A stretch of 25,482 bases of DNA from a virus (Duplodnaviria > Caudoviricetes). Below, one piece after another: positions 8,128 through 17,140 of the stretch. The stretch lies in IMG/VR virus record IMGVR_UViG_3300024344_000117, positions 1-25,482 of that record, one strand, 5' to 3'. Made by a program: the position numbers and the translations under genes. The notes beneath the pieces were generated by a model that had not been told where the DNA came from, searched no databases, and was given only the letters and a program-made list of their open reading frames with translations. The first letter of the stretch is position 1. Each line of letters starts with the position of its first letter.

Positions 8128-9098
8128 TGTCTGAGTATAGAGAGATTCAAGGAGCCACGGTTCAAAATATTGCTGGCGACGGCGGCACTATTGAAGGACA
8201 GGTCTGGTATAATAGTTCTTCTAATAATTTTAAAGTAAAAACTTATGGTAGTGGTACCTGGGCAACAGGAAATGTTATGCCTTACACTGCAAGAGATAGT
8301 GGTGGTTTTGGTATTACAACGGCATCAGTAATTTATGGTGGATACAATCCACCTTCTGTTTTAACTACATGTGTTGAGTATGATGGAACTAATTATGCAT
8401 CGGCTACAGCTTTTCCAACCTCTGTTCAAGGTTTACAATCTGAAGGAACTCAAACTGCTGGTTTTTCAATAGGTGGTGGTCCAGCTTATGAAAATAAATT
8501 TTATGATGGTTCAGCTTGGACTGCAAAAAACGCTATGGATAAAAGTAGAACTGGACATGGATCTGCAGGAGGACCTACAGCACAGACAGCAGCATTAGCT
8601 GCGGGCGGAGAACCTGCCCCTTCACAAACTACTAGTAGCGACTGGGATGGTACGTGTTGGACTGCGGGAGCAGCAGTTCCAAGTTGGGCTCAAGGAACTA
8701 GTGGAGGAGGAACTACTTCTGAGGCTTGGATGCAAGCAAATGTAAATAGTGAAACAGCTTTTAAATTATATAATGGATCAACATGGTCTGATGGGACAGC
8801 ATGTCCTGGTCAACACAACTATGGTGGTGGGGGCGGAACAGTTCCTACTTGTATTACTTTTGGAGGTGGTCCTAGTCCTGTAGGTAAAGCCGTTACTGAT
8901 ATGTGGGATGGTTCGGCATGGTCTACAGGTGGAAATTTGAACGAAGGAAGAGGAAATCTTCATGGTGCAGGTACGATGAATGGCTCTACCGACTGTATGA
9001 TAGGAGGTGGAAATCCAGCTACCCCTACAGGAGCTACAAATGCCACTGAAGAGTGGACAGGTCCTGCAATAACGGTTAAAACAATTAGTACATCTTAA
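8127..9098 (+). CDS. Tail fibre / receptor-binding protein 1, Kelch-like beta-propeller
   Basis: N-terminal GQVWYNS module, then about six GG...(Y/W)DG(S/T)xW repeats of roughly 45-50 aa. Confidence 0.7.
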   Translation: MSEYREIQGATVQNIAGDGGTIEGQVWYNSSSNNFKVKTYGSGTWATGNVMPYTARDSGGFGITTASVIYGGYNPPSVLTTCVEYDGTNYASATAFPTSVQGLQSEGTQTAGFSIGGGPAYENKFYDGSAWTAKNAMDKSRTGHGSAGGPTAQTAALAAGGEPAPSQTTSSDWDGTCWTAGAAVPSWAQGTSGGGTTSEAWMQANVNSETAFKLYNGSTWSDGTACPGQHNYGGGGGTVPTCITFGGGPSPVGKAVTDMWDGSAWSTGGNLNEGRGNLHGAGTMNGSTDCMIGGGNPATPTGATNATEEWTGPAITVKTISTS

Positions 9099-9112
9099 TT
9101 AAGGAGGAAACT

Positions 9113-9427
9113 ATGGCAAATTATCAATACTGTGTAGCAACAAATTGGGGCAAAGGTTTCATTACCCATAGCGATTCTAGCAAACTTGACTTTACAAGTT
9201 TTCCTGGAAATGTGTGGAAAGTGAATGCTAACAATCAAGATGCTAATAGATGGGTTTCAGGAGTAGCTGGAGTAAGAAAAACTCTATCTGAAGCACAAGC
9301 AATTGTTAATGCAGAAATTACTGCTGCACAAGCTGAATGGGATTCTATACCAGATGATGATGAAAGAAAAGATACTTCATCAGCATTGTATATACCTAGA
9401 CCAGAAGACATAACTTTGGAGGAATAA
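9113..9427 (+). CDS. Small acidic fibre-associated protein (possible chaperone or tip adaptor)
   Basis: Strong SD AAGGAGG. Lies between fibre paralogs 1 and 2. Confidence 0.65.
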   Translation: MANYQYCVATNWGKGFITHSDSSKLDFTSFPGNVWKVNANNQDANRWVSGVAGVRKTLSEAQAIVNAEITAAQAEWDSIPDDDERKDTSSALYIPRPEDITLEE

Positions 9428-9432
9428 TATAA

Positions 9433-10464
9433 GTGGCAACTTATTACGACATATTTGGACAAAAAGTTCAATACCTTGCGTCCGATCCTAGCCCTGTAAC
9501 AAAGGGACAGGTGTGGTATAACTCAACTTCAAATACATTAAAAATTAGAACATATAGAAATGCTGTTTGGACATCAGGAGCTACTACACCCTATGCTGCC
9601 AGAAGCACTAGAGGATTTGGTGACAGTAAAAACTCTGCTCAAATCTTTGGTGGTTACACAACTACAGCTGTTTCTACAAGTGTTGAGTATGATGGTTCAA
9701 GCTGGACAGGAACTCCAAGTTTAAATACAGCAACTTATGCAAGTTCTGTTGGAGTGGGAGTAAAAGCTTCAGCAATTACTGTTGGCGGATCAGGAGGAAA
9801 TTCCGAAGAATGGGATGGTTCGTCTTGGTCTAATATTACTGCTTATCCTAATAACCCCAACTCAGTAGAAAATACTGGTGGGTTTGGTACTACTACAGCT
9901 GGTTATTTTATGGGTGGCTCATCACCTACACCTTCAATGCCTACGGTTAAACCTTCAACAATAAAATGGAATGGATCTGCATGGTCAGCATTAAATCCTA
10001 TGTCTATTGGTAGAACTGATATGGGTTCGTGTGGTACGTCTACTGCAGCAATAGTCTTTGGAGGAGAATCAGGTTTTCCCCCTTCTTATCCAGGAGTAAG
10101 AGATCAACAAGAAGATTGGGATGGAACATGTTGGACTGCATCACCAGCAAGTTTAAATACTCCAAGATATGCTTTTTCAAGTTGTCAAAATGGTCCAGCA
10201 GCAACAGCGTGGGCAGGAGGTGGTTACACACCTGCAATAACTGAAACTTATAAATCTACAGAAGAATATGATGGAACAACATGGTCAAATAGTCCTGCCA
10301 CTGTAACTTACGAAGCAAGAGGTGGTCAAGGTTCTGGTGGAATTCAAGGAGCATCTGGTTTTATGGCTAATGGAACTTATCCGGGTAACCCCACTTTTAA
10401 TACTGATGGGTGCTCTGAATTTGATCCCGGAGCAATGGAAACTCAAACAGTAACGGTATCTTAA
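9433..10464 (+). CDS. Tail fibre / receptor-binding protein 2, Kelch-like beta-propeller
   Basis: GTG start with GGAGG upstream. SDPSP...GQVWYNSTSN module and EYDGSSW/EWDGSSW/DWDGTCW repeats. Confidence 0.7.
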   Translation: MATYYDIFGQKVQYLASDPSPVTKGQVWYNSTSNTLKIRTYRNAVWTSGATTPYAARSTRGFGDSKNSAQIFGGYTTTAVSTSVEYDGSSWTGTPSLNTATYASSVGVGVKASAITVGGSGGNSEEWDGSSWSNITAYPNNPNSVENTGGFGTTTAGYFMGGSSPTPSMPTVKPSTIKWNGSAWSALNPMSIGRTDMGSCGTSTAAIVFGGESGFPPSYPGVRDQQEDWDGTCWTASPASLNTPRYAFSSCQNGPAATAWAGGGYTPAITETYKSTEEYDGTTWSNSPATVTYEARGGQGSGGIQGASGFMANGTYPGNPTFNTDGCSEFDPGAMETQTVTVS

Positions 10465-10470
10465 AAAATT

Positions 10471-11469
10471 ATGGCAACTTATAAAGAAAATCATGGAAAC
10501 AACATACCAATAGTATCTTCGGATCCTAGTAATCCTATCGTTGGAGAAGTTTGGTATAACACAGCAACAAACGTATTAAAAGGACAAGTACAGCTAACAG
10601 CTGCATTTTCAAGTGGCGGTGATATTCCTCAAACTGTCCAAGGTGGCGGCGGTGGAGGAACTAAAACAGCAGGATGGATAGCTGGTGGTTTACAATATCC
10701 AGGAAACACAAAAAATAAAACATGGACTTACGATGGTAGTACATGGACAGCAGGAAATAATATTCCAGCAAACTATTTTATAGGTGGTTCAACAGGACCC
10801 GATTCTGCAGGTTTATTATTTGATGGTATTGGTTCTTATGGACCAGGAACAGCAACTTATCATTGGGATGGAACTAACTGGACTGCAGGTGGTGCTTTAC
10901 CGGCTATTGGTCCAGGAGGAAACTCTTATACAAGTGGAGCAGGAACTCAAACAGCAGCTTTATGTATTGGTGGAATTGGAGATCCCCCACCTGCAAAAGT
11001 AGATAGAGTTTTAGATTACGATGGTTCTGCATGGACATCAGGAAATTCAACTCCTCTTACGACAGCTGGAACAGCTGCAGATGGACCAAACGCAGCGGCA
11101 TGGATTGCGGGTGGTGATGGTGGTCCAGGTATGTCAGGGAAAAGTTTTACTTATGATAGTTCGTCTTGGACAGCATCAGGAGATTTAAATGCAGCGTGCC
11201 CTCAAGGTGTTGCAGGCAATGGTTGGGGATCAACAACAGATGCCATAATGGCTGGTGGAGCAAGTCCAACTACATCATCTCAAACGTACGATGGAACAAG
11301 CTGGGCGAATGGAGCTAGTATGAGTACAGCAAGAGCACAATCATCAATGTGCAGTGCGCAGACAGGAAGCTCAAATGGTTTTGTAGCAGGAGCTTCTCCT
11401 CCTATTCACGATGAAACAGAAGAATATCAGGCAGCAGGACCGGCTACAGTTAGCATAACATCAAGTTAG
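10471..11469 (+). CDS. Tail fibre / receptor-binding protein 3, Kelch-like beta-propeller
   Basis: SDPSNP..GEVWYN module and TYDGSTW/HWDGTNW/DYDGSAW repeats. Confidence 0.7.
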   Translation: MATYKENHGNNIPIVSSDPSNPIVGEVWYNTATNVLKGQVQLTAAFSSGGDIPQTVQGGGGGGTKTAGWIAGGLQYPGNTKNKTWTYDGSTWTAGNNIPANYFIGGSTGPDSAGLLFDGIGSYGPGTATYHWDGTNWTAGGALPAIGPGGNSYTSGAGTQTAALCIGGIGDPPPAKVDRVLDYDGSAWTSGNSTPLTTAGTAADGPNAAAWIAGGDGGPGMSGKSFTYDSSSWTASGDLNAACPQGVAGNGWGSTTDAIMAGGASPTTSSQTYDGTSWANGASMSTARAQSSMCSAQTGSSNGFVAGASPPIHDETEEYQAAGPATVSITSS

Positions 11470-11472
11470 ATA

Positions 11473-11502
11473 TTGACTTATATCCAGTAATGGATATATT
11501 AT
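11473..11502 (+). promoter_or_regulatory. Sigma70-like promoter with an overlapping inverted repeat, upstream of the oxygenase cassette
   Basis: TTGACT (11473-11478) with TATTAT at an 18-nt spacer or TATATT at 16 nt. The spacer contains TATATCCA-GTAA-TGGATATA (11479-11498). Confidence 0.55.
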
Positions 11503-11522
11503 AAATAAATGAAAGGATACAC

Positions 11523-12209
11523 ATGACAGAAAAACGTAATATATATAGTTTAATAGAAAAAGAAGCACCTAATCTACATAACATTTTAGACCCTAAAGAT
11601 GTTAGTGCTTTTAAAGAATTAACACAAGAGCTTAGAGACACTTGGACTAAGAAACAAATTTTTAGAACTGAAACTGAAATGAGGTTTTCAGTTTTAAATG
11701 ATTTTAAATACCCTACTAAAGCTGCCAAATATTGGCAATGTGTTAGAGAACAGAATGTTTATTTAGAACAATTAATGATTTTATCTTTTGAGTATAGAAA
11801 AAATGCTGCAAAGATTAAAAGACTTGAAAAAAAATTAAAGGAAGAAACTGACGAATATAAAAAAGAACTTTATGCAATAGAGCTTGATGAAAAAACTTTT
11901 TCTAAAGCTAATATGGAATTAACAGCTCGCGATAGAATGAGAGAAATAAAAGTTTGGTCTCAACTTAAAGAAGAAAATGATGATGGTTCTTTTGATACTC
12001 AAAATGTGAACACTCACCAATTAGATTCTTATCATAAAATTATGCGTAATAAAAAAGAAACTTTAACAGCAGGGTCAAGCCAACCGGAAGTATTTAATGT
12101 AATAGGTCAATTAGAGTCTATTGAAAGAATTAAAAAAGAAAGAGGTTTACTTGAAAGTCAAAAAAGAAAAGCTATATCTGAGGAACCAAACCCTAGAGAA
12201 AAATCCTAG
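11523..12209 (+). CDS. Coiled-coil hypothetical protein (228 aa)
   Basis: SD AAAGGA. Long charged helical segment. First gene after the 11473 promoter. Confidence 0.75.
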   Translation: MTEKRNIYSLIEKEAPNLHNILDPKDVSAFKELTQELRDTWTKKQIFRTETEMRFSVLNDFKYPTKAAKYWQCVREQNVYLEQLMILSFEYRKNAAKIKRLEKKLKEETDEYKKELYAIELDEKTFSKANMELTARDRMREIKVWSQLKEENDDGSFDTQNVNTHQLDSYHKIMRNKKETLTAGSSQPEVFNVIGQLESIERIKKERGLLESQKRKAISEEPNPREKS

Positions 12210-12453
12210 TGGTCAACGGCAGTCTCCTCTTTATAAAAAAGTAAAAAATCATATTAATAAAGTTGGTTATATTATTAACCCTTTGTTAGTAGTTGAAGAT
12301 GGAGATAGGTATAAAGTTGTCTATGGAAACAATAGATATTTAGCTGGACTGGAGTTAGGTTTAAAAGAATTTCCTATAAAAATTTTAAAAAATGAAGAAG
12401 TTCCAACTATAGAAGAAGAGGCTAAAACTTATATAAACGTTAATTTAGAATAA
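12151..12453 (+). CDS. Stand-alone ParB/sulfiredoxin-like domain protein
   Basis: GYIINPLLV..DGDRYKVVYGNNRYLA..ELG matches the ParB_N pattern (P-I-x-V...G-x-x-R-x-x-A). The start is uncertain: TTG 12151 has AGAGG upstream, while the track gives TTG 12121. Confidence 0.6.
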   Translation: MKVKKEKLYLRNQTLEKNPSGQRQSPLYKKVKNHINKVGYIINPLLVVEDGDRYKVVYGNNRYLAGLELGLKEFPIKILKNEEVPTIEEEAKTYINVNLE

Positions 12454-13109
12454 TGAAATTTACTATAGCAAACTTAGGTCAAACAGTGTTACGTTATAAC
12501 GTGCCTTTAGAAATATTAAAACAATTAACAAATATATACAGAGATAAAGTTAACCAACTGCCCTTAGCTAATCCTCAATTAGTGGGTAAAATTAATAATG
12601 AAAAATCTTTTTTTTATGAAGGACCAGATGTTCCAGCAAAAAAAATATACCCCCATAACTTTTTATCTCAGTACGTAATTAATTTTTATTATCAAGTTTT
12701 TGATCATTATTTAAATTGGAATAGAATTAAAGATTATCAATGTAGCTTATCATCTGTATGGATTAACAAAATGAAAGAGCATGAGTATAATCCCGTGCAC
12801 GTTCATCAAGGTACTTTATTTACTGGATTATCTTCAGTTCTTATTGTATCTATACCTGAAAGTTATGGCGTAGAGTATTCGTCTCCGGACCAACCTTTAA
12901 ATGGTCAGTTAACGATACTAGGTTCGTCTTCAGGCATGTTTGCAAACATAGATTATCAACCTGCAAATATAAAACCAGGGGACTTATTTATATTTCCTTA
13001 TGATATGAGACATACGGTATACCCTTTTAACGGAACAGGTGAAAGATTAACTATTGCGGCTAACATGGATGTTTTTTTTGACCCCATTAAAAATAGAGGA
13101 GTAACTTAA
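12453..13109 (+). CDS. 2OG-Fe(II) oxygenase, HxH type (TIGR02466-like)
   Basis: WINKM...YNPVHVH...LSSVL...GDLFIFPYDMRHTVYPF...RLTIAAN, i.e. HxH, a distal His and an Arg. Confidence 0.8.
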   Translation: MKFTIANLGQTVLRYNVPLEILKQLTNIYRDKVNQLPLANPQLVGKINNEKSFFYEGPDVPAKKIYPHNFLSQYVINFYYQVFDHYLNWNRIKDYQCSLSSVWINKMKEHEYNPVHVHQGTLFTGLSSVLIVSIPESYGVEYSSPDQPLNGQLTILGSSSGMFANIDYQPANIKPGDLFIFPYDMRHTVYPFNGTGERLTIAANMDVFFDPIKNRGVT

Positions 13110-13702
13110 TGTACGACAATATAAAGATAACCGAACCTAAATGGAAAAGTTGGATAATAGAAACAAAAACTCCATTATTTACACCAGATCAATGTAGACA
13201 AGTTATAGAAGCAGGCAGACGTCAACCACCACGACAAGCAAAAGTAGGAATGGATAGACCTGAAGGTGGTGTAGATACAAAAAAAAGAGTTACAACAATA
13301 TCATGGATACCCTTTAAAGAGATGGAACACATGTATCGTGATCTTAATAGCTTTATACAAAAAGCAAATAGAAATCATTTTGGTTTTGGAGATATTAGAA
13401 TTACAGAAAATGCACAGTTTACAGAATACCCTGAAGGAGGATTCTATGATTGGCATATGGATTGTGATGTAAACATGTCTCACGAACCACCCGTCAGAAA
13501 AATATCCATGACTGTATTATTAAATGATCCTTCAGAGTTTGAAGGCGGACATTTAGAATTAACAGCACCTGGTAAATTTGCAAAACTTACACAAGGACAC
13601 GCGGTTGCTTTTGCGTCGTTTTTAAATCACAGAGTTGCACCAGTAACTAAAGGCATTAGACAGTCTTTAGTTGTTTGGTTTGGAGGAAAACCATTTAAAT
13701 GA
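13109..13702 (+). CDS. 2OG-Fe(II) oxygenase, prolyl-4-hydroxylase/PKHD-like
   Basis: QFTEY..GGFYDWHMD...RKISMTVLLND..EFEGG.L...F.SFLNHRVAPVTKG.RQSLV.W, i.e. HxD...H...RxS. Confidence 0.88.
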   Translation: MYDNIKITEPKWKSWIIETKTPLFTPDQCRQVIEAGRRQPPRQAKVGMDRPEGGVDTKKRVTTISWIPFKEMEHMYRDLNSFIQKANRNHFGFGDIRITENAQFTEYPEGGFYDWHMDCDVNMSHEPPVRKISMTVLLNDPSEFEGGHLELTAPGKFAKLTQGHAVAFASFLNHRVAPVTKGIRQSLVVWFGGKPFK

Positions 13703-14277
13703 TTAAAGAGCATTTTTTTCCAACCATTATTTACGCACAAGATATTCAATTAGATAATAAAACTTTATCTAATGATATAATAGTGTGGTCTCAAAAAGAA
13801 AAAGGTCTAAAGAAAACAAATGTTAAAGGTTGGCATAGTGATACTAATATGCATCAGTTGCCACAATTTAAATCTTTAGTAGATCAATTGTTTTTAGTTA
13901 TTCAAGATGTTTGGAAAGAAGAACAATTAGATAAACAACCTGTATTGGGAAACATGTGGGCAAATATAAATTATCCTGGTAGTTATAATAGACCCCACGT
14001 TCATCCTAATTCTTTATTTAGTGGAGTTTATTTTGTCCAAGCAAATGAATCTTCTGGTAAATTGGTTTGCAATGATCCACGCCCAGGAGTCCAGACAAAT
14101 AAACCTCTTAGAAAAAATAAATTACCCCAACAGTTATGGAATGAATGCCATTTAGCTCCTATTCCTGGGAGAGTTATTATGTTTCCGGCTTGGTTATGGC
14201 ACTGTGTGGAACCCAACGAATCTAATGATTTAAGAATTTCCGTAAGCTTTAATTTTCTTCAGAAAGGTTTTGAATAA
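13699..14277 (+). CDS. 2OG-Fe(II) oxygenase, TIGR02466 family
   Basis: FPT.IY...WANIN..GSYNRPHVHPNSLFSGVYFV...DPR...FPAWLWHCVEPN.S...RISVSFN. Confidence 0.88.
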   Translation: MIKEHFFPTIIYAQDIQLDNKTLSNDIIVWSQKEKGLKKTNVKGWHSDTNMHQLPQFKSLVDQLFLVIQDVWKEEQLDKQPVLGNMWANINYPGSYNRPHVHPNSLFSGVYFVQANESSGKLVCNDPRPGVQTNKPLRKNKLPQQLWNECHLAPIPGRVIMFPAWLWHCVEPNESNDLRISVSFNFLQKGFE

Positions 14278-14921
14278 TGTTTGATAAATATCAAGTAATT
14301 AAAAAAGCAATTAGCTATGAATTAGCTAACTTTGTATTTAACTATTTTTTACTTAAACGGGACGCGGTTAAATTTATGTACGATAATAATCTTATGTACG
14401 ACACAGGCCTGTTAGGCACATGGAAAGATCAACAAATTCCAAATACTTATTCTCATTACGCTGACCCTGTAATGGAGACTTTACTGGTAAAAGTATTACC
14501 CGTAATGCAAAATGAAACCGCGCTAAACCTATGTCCTACTTATTCCTACGCCAGGTTATATAAACATGGGGACGAATTAAAAAGACATAAAGACAGGCCA
14601 AGCTGTGAAATATCCACTACTATAAACTTAGGTGGTGACCCTTGGCCCATATTTATAGATGGTACAGGAGCGGATTCTGTAATAGATGAACGTAAAAATA
14701 TACATAAACCTAACGCTCCCAAAGGCACTAAAGTCCTACTTGATGTTGGCGATATGCTAGTATATAGTGGATGCGAATTAGAGCATTGGAGAGAACCTTT
14801 TGAAGGAAATGTTTGCGGACAAGTATTTCTTCATTATAACCATGTAAATGGTCCTTTTGCTGAAAAAAACAGGTTCGACAAAAGGCCGATGTTAGGTATT
14901 CCAACAATGGGGAATACATAA
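14277..14921 (+). CDS. 2OG-Fe(II) oxygenase-like protein (HxD type)
   Basis: PTYSYARLY..GDEL.RHKDRPSCEISTT.NLGG..WPI...GDMLVYSGCELEHWREPF...QVFLHY. Confidence 0.8.
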   Translation: MFDKYQVIKKAISYELANFVFNYFLLKRDAVKFMYDNNLMYDTGLLGTWKDQQIPNTYSHYADPVMETLLVKVLPVMQNETALNLCPTYSYARLYKHGDELKRHKDRPSCEISTTINLGGDPWPIFIDGTGADSVIDERKNIHKPNAPKGTKVLLDVGDMLVYSGCELEHWREPFEGNVCGQVFLHYNHVNGPFAEKNRFDKRPMLGIPTMGNT

Positions 14922-14935
14922 TATGATGGAGTTAT

Positions 14936-17140
14936 ATGTTACAAAAGATAGGTTTTTTACCTGGATTCAATAAACAAGTTACAGCTACTGGAGCGGAAGC
15001 TCAATGGACCGGAGGCGAAAACGTTCGTTTCAGATATGGAACGCCTGAGAAAATAGGTGGTTGGAATCAATTAGGAGAAAGTAAATTAACAGGTGTAGCT
15101 AGACAGATGCACCATATCGTAACTAAAGAATCTCAAAAATTTTCTATTATAGGAACTAATCGAATTTTATATGCTTATACCGGTGGAGTATACTATGACA
15201 TACATCCTATTAAAACTAATTTTGGAACTTCTTATGGAGCCTTTACTTGTAATTTTTCTAGTGGCCAACCAACGGTAACAATTACTTTTTCTGGAGGCGC
15301 TTCTACAAGTGGTATGTCTCAAGGAGATATATTATTTATGACTGAGTTTACCGGAGGTGCAGGGACAGGATTTTCAGCAACAGATTTTGATGACAAAAAA
15401 TTTATGATTACTTCAGTAGATTCTACTACTCAAGTAACAATAACTATGGATAGTAATTCTAGTGCCACTACAACAGGAACTTTAAAAGTTCAATGGTATT
15501 ATCCCGTAGGACCTGCTGAACAAGTGGGTGCTTTTGGTTGGGGTATATCTTTATGGGGCGGTAAAGTTTTAGGATCAACTACAACTACGTTGACTGCTCC
15601 AGGTTTAAATGATGATCCCAATGGTACAGGTGGATCAGGAACTACAATTAATGTTGGAAGTACAACAGGATTTCCCTCTTCAGGAACAAATTATTTTCAA
15701 GTAGGTGGTGAAGAAATTTCTTATACAGGTGTAACTGCTACAAGTTTTACTGGAATAGTTAGAGCTGTAAGAGGTTCAACTCGAGCTGCACATAGTGGAG
15801 GAGCAACTATAACTAATACATCTAGTTGGACAGGATGGGGATCAGCTGCAGCTAACACTGACAAAGTAACGGATCCAGGACTATGGTCTATTGATAATTT
15901 AGGAGATAATGTTATTGCTTTAATTCATAATAGCGCTGTCTTTGAATGGGATGCGGCAGCGACTAATGCCACAACCACAAGAGCAACTATTATTACAGGA
16001 GCACCAACAGCCTCACGTGATATGTTGGTATCCACACCGGATCGTCACTTAATTTTATTTGGAACAGAGACAACTATTGGAGATACAAGTACCCAAGATG
16101 ACATGTTTATAAGATTCTCAAATCAAGAAGATATAAATACATGGGCGCCATCAGCAACCAATAGTGCTGGTACACAAAGACTGGCCGCCGGATCACGGAT
16201 CATGGGAGCTAAACTAGGAAGAAACGCTATTTATGTATGGACGGATACCTCATTATTCACCATGCGTTTTGTGGGAACTCCATTTACTTTTGCCTACGAA
16301 CAAGTAGGAACTAACTGTGGATTGATTGGAATGAACGCAGCAGTAGAAGTAGATGGAGCAGCTTACTGGATGTCCGAAAACGGATTCTTTAAATATTCTG
16401 GTAATCTACAATCAATGGACTGTTTGGTTGAAGACTATGTTTATGATGATCTTAACAAAACGTCTAACCAATTAATATACTGTGGTCTTAATAACTTGTT
16501 TGGTGAGATTATGTGGTTTTTTCCAACGTCCACTTCAAACGTAGTAGATAGAGCTGTTATGTATAGTTATTTAGATTCTACTGCTGAAAGACCAATATGG
16601 TTTACTAATGCCAGCACATTATTTAGAAGAACTACGTGGCAAGATTCAGCTGTATTTGGTTTACCCCACGCCACAGCCTATGATGCTGGAGACGATGCAT
16701 CTTTTGACGTTACTGGTAACACTGAAGGAAGCACCATATACTATGAGCATGAAACAGGGGTCAATCAACAAACTTCTGGTGGAGTAATTGCAGCTATACC
16801 AGCTAATATATTATCAGGAGATTTTGACATTACTCAGGATCAACAAAGAGGAATTACTTTTAGAGGAGATGGAGAATTTATTATGAGAATTAGTAGATTT
16901 TTACCTGACTTTATATCTCAATCAGGGACTGCAATAGTCTCATTAGACTTAAGAAATTATCCTAATCAATCAGCTGTAAGCTCGACATTGGGTCCTTTTA
17001 ATGTTACAACCAGCACTACGTATCAATCGTGCAGGGCACGAGCAAGAGCCGTCGCTGTTAAAATATCAAACACGGCTGTAGATTCGAATTGGAAACTAGG
17101 TACATTTAGATTAGATGTACACGCAGGAGGAAGAAGATAA
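14936..17140 (+). CDS. Tail nozzle / DNA stabilisation protein (P22 gp10 / tail tubular B-like)
   Basis: 734 aa, beta-rich. N-terminal F.PG.NKQ.T...W...NVRFRYG.PEKIGGW, central IRFSNQED...W.P..TN.AG..RL and C-terminal WKLG.FR.D....GRR. Lies before the putative ejection genes. Confidence 0.75.
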   Translation: MLQKIGFLPGFNKQVTATGAEAQWTGGENVRFRYGTPEKIGGWNQLGESKLTGVARQMHHIVTKESQKFSIIGTNRILYAYTGGVYYDIHPIKTNFGTSYGAFTCNFSSGQPTVTITFSGGASTSGMSQGDILFMTEFTGGAGTGFSATDFDDKKFMITSVDSTTQVTITMDSNSSATTTGTLKVQWYYPVGPAEQVGAFGWGISLWGGKVLGSTTTTLTAPGLNDDPNGTGGSGTTINVGSTTGFPSSGTNYFQVGGEEISYTGVTATSFTGIVRAVRGSTRAAHSGGATITNTSSWTGWGSAAANTDKVTDPGLWSIDNLGDNVIALIHNSAVFEWDAAATNATTTRATIITGAPTASRDMLVSTPDRHLILFGTETTIGDTSTQDDMFIRFSNQEDINTWAPSATNSAGTQRLAAGSRIMGAKLGRNAIYVWTDTSLFTMRFVGTPFTFAYEQVGTNCGLIGMNAAVEVDGAAYWMSENGFFKYSGNLQSMDCLVEDYVYDDLNKTSNQLIYCGLNNLFGEIMWFFPTSTSNVVDRAVMYSYLDSTAERPIWFTNASTLFRRTTWQDSAVFGLPHATAYDAGDDASFDVTGNTEGSTIYYEHETGVNQQTSGGVIAAIPANILSGDFDITQDQQRGITFRGDGEFIMRISRFLPDFISQSGTAIVSLDLRNYPNQSAVSSTLGPFNVTTSTTYQSCRARARAVAVKISNTAVDSNWKLGTFRLDVHAGGRR

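Noticed and set aside
10029-11002. Alternative-frame + strand ORFs 10029..10244 and 10784..11002
   Set aside because: Fully nested in fibre genes with no convincing SD or protein-like features.
8127-11469. Diversity-generating retroelement or invertible tail-fibre switch
   Set aside because: No reverse transcriptase or invertase in the window, no near-identical TR/VR pair seen, and all paralogs are in the same orientation.
12151-12453. ParABS partition system
   Set aside because: Only the N-terminal domain is present, with no HTH, no ParA and no parS-like repeats seen.
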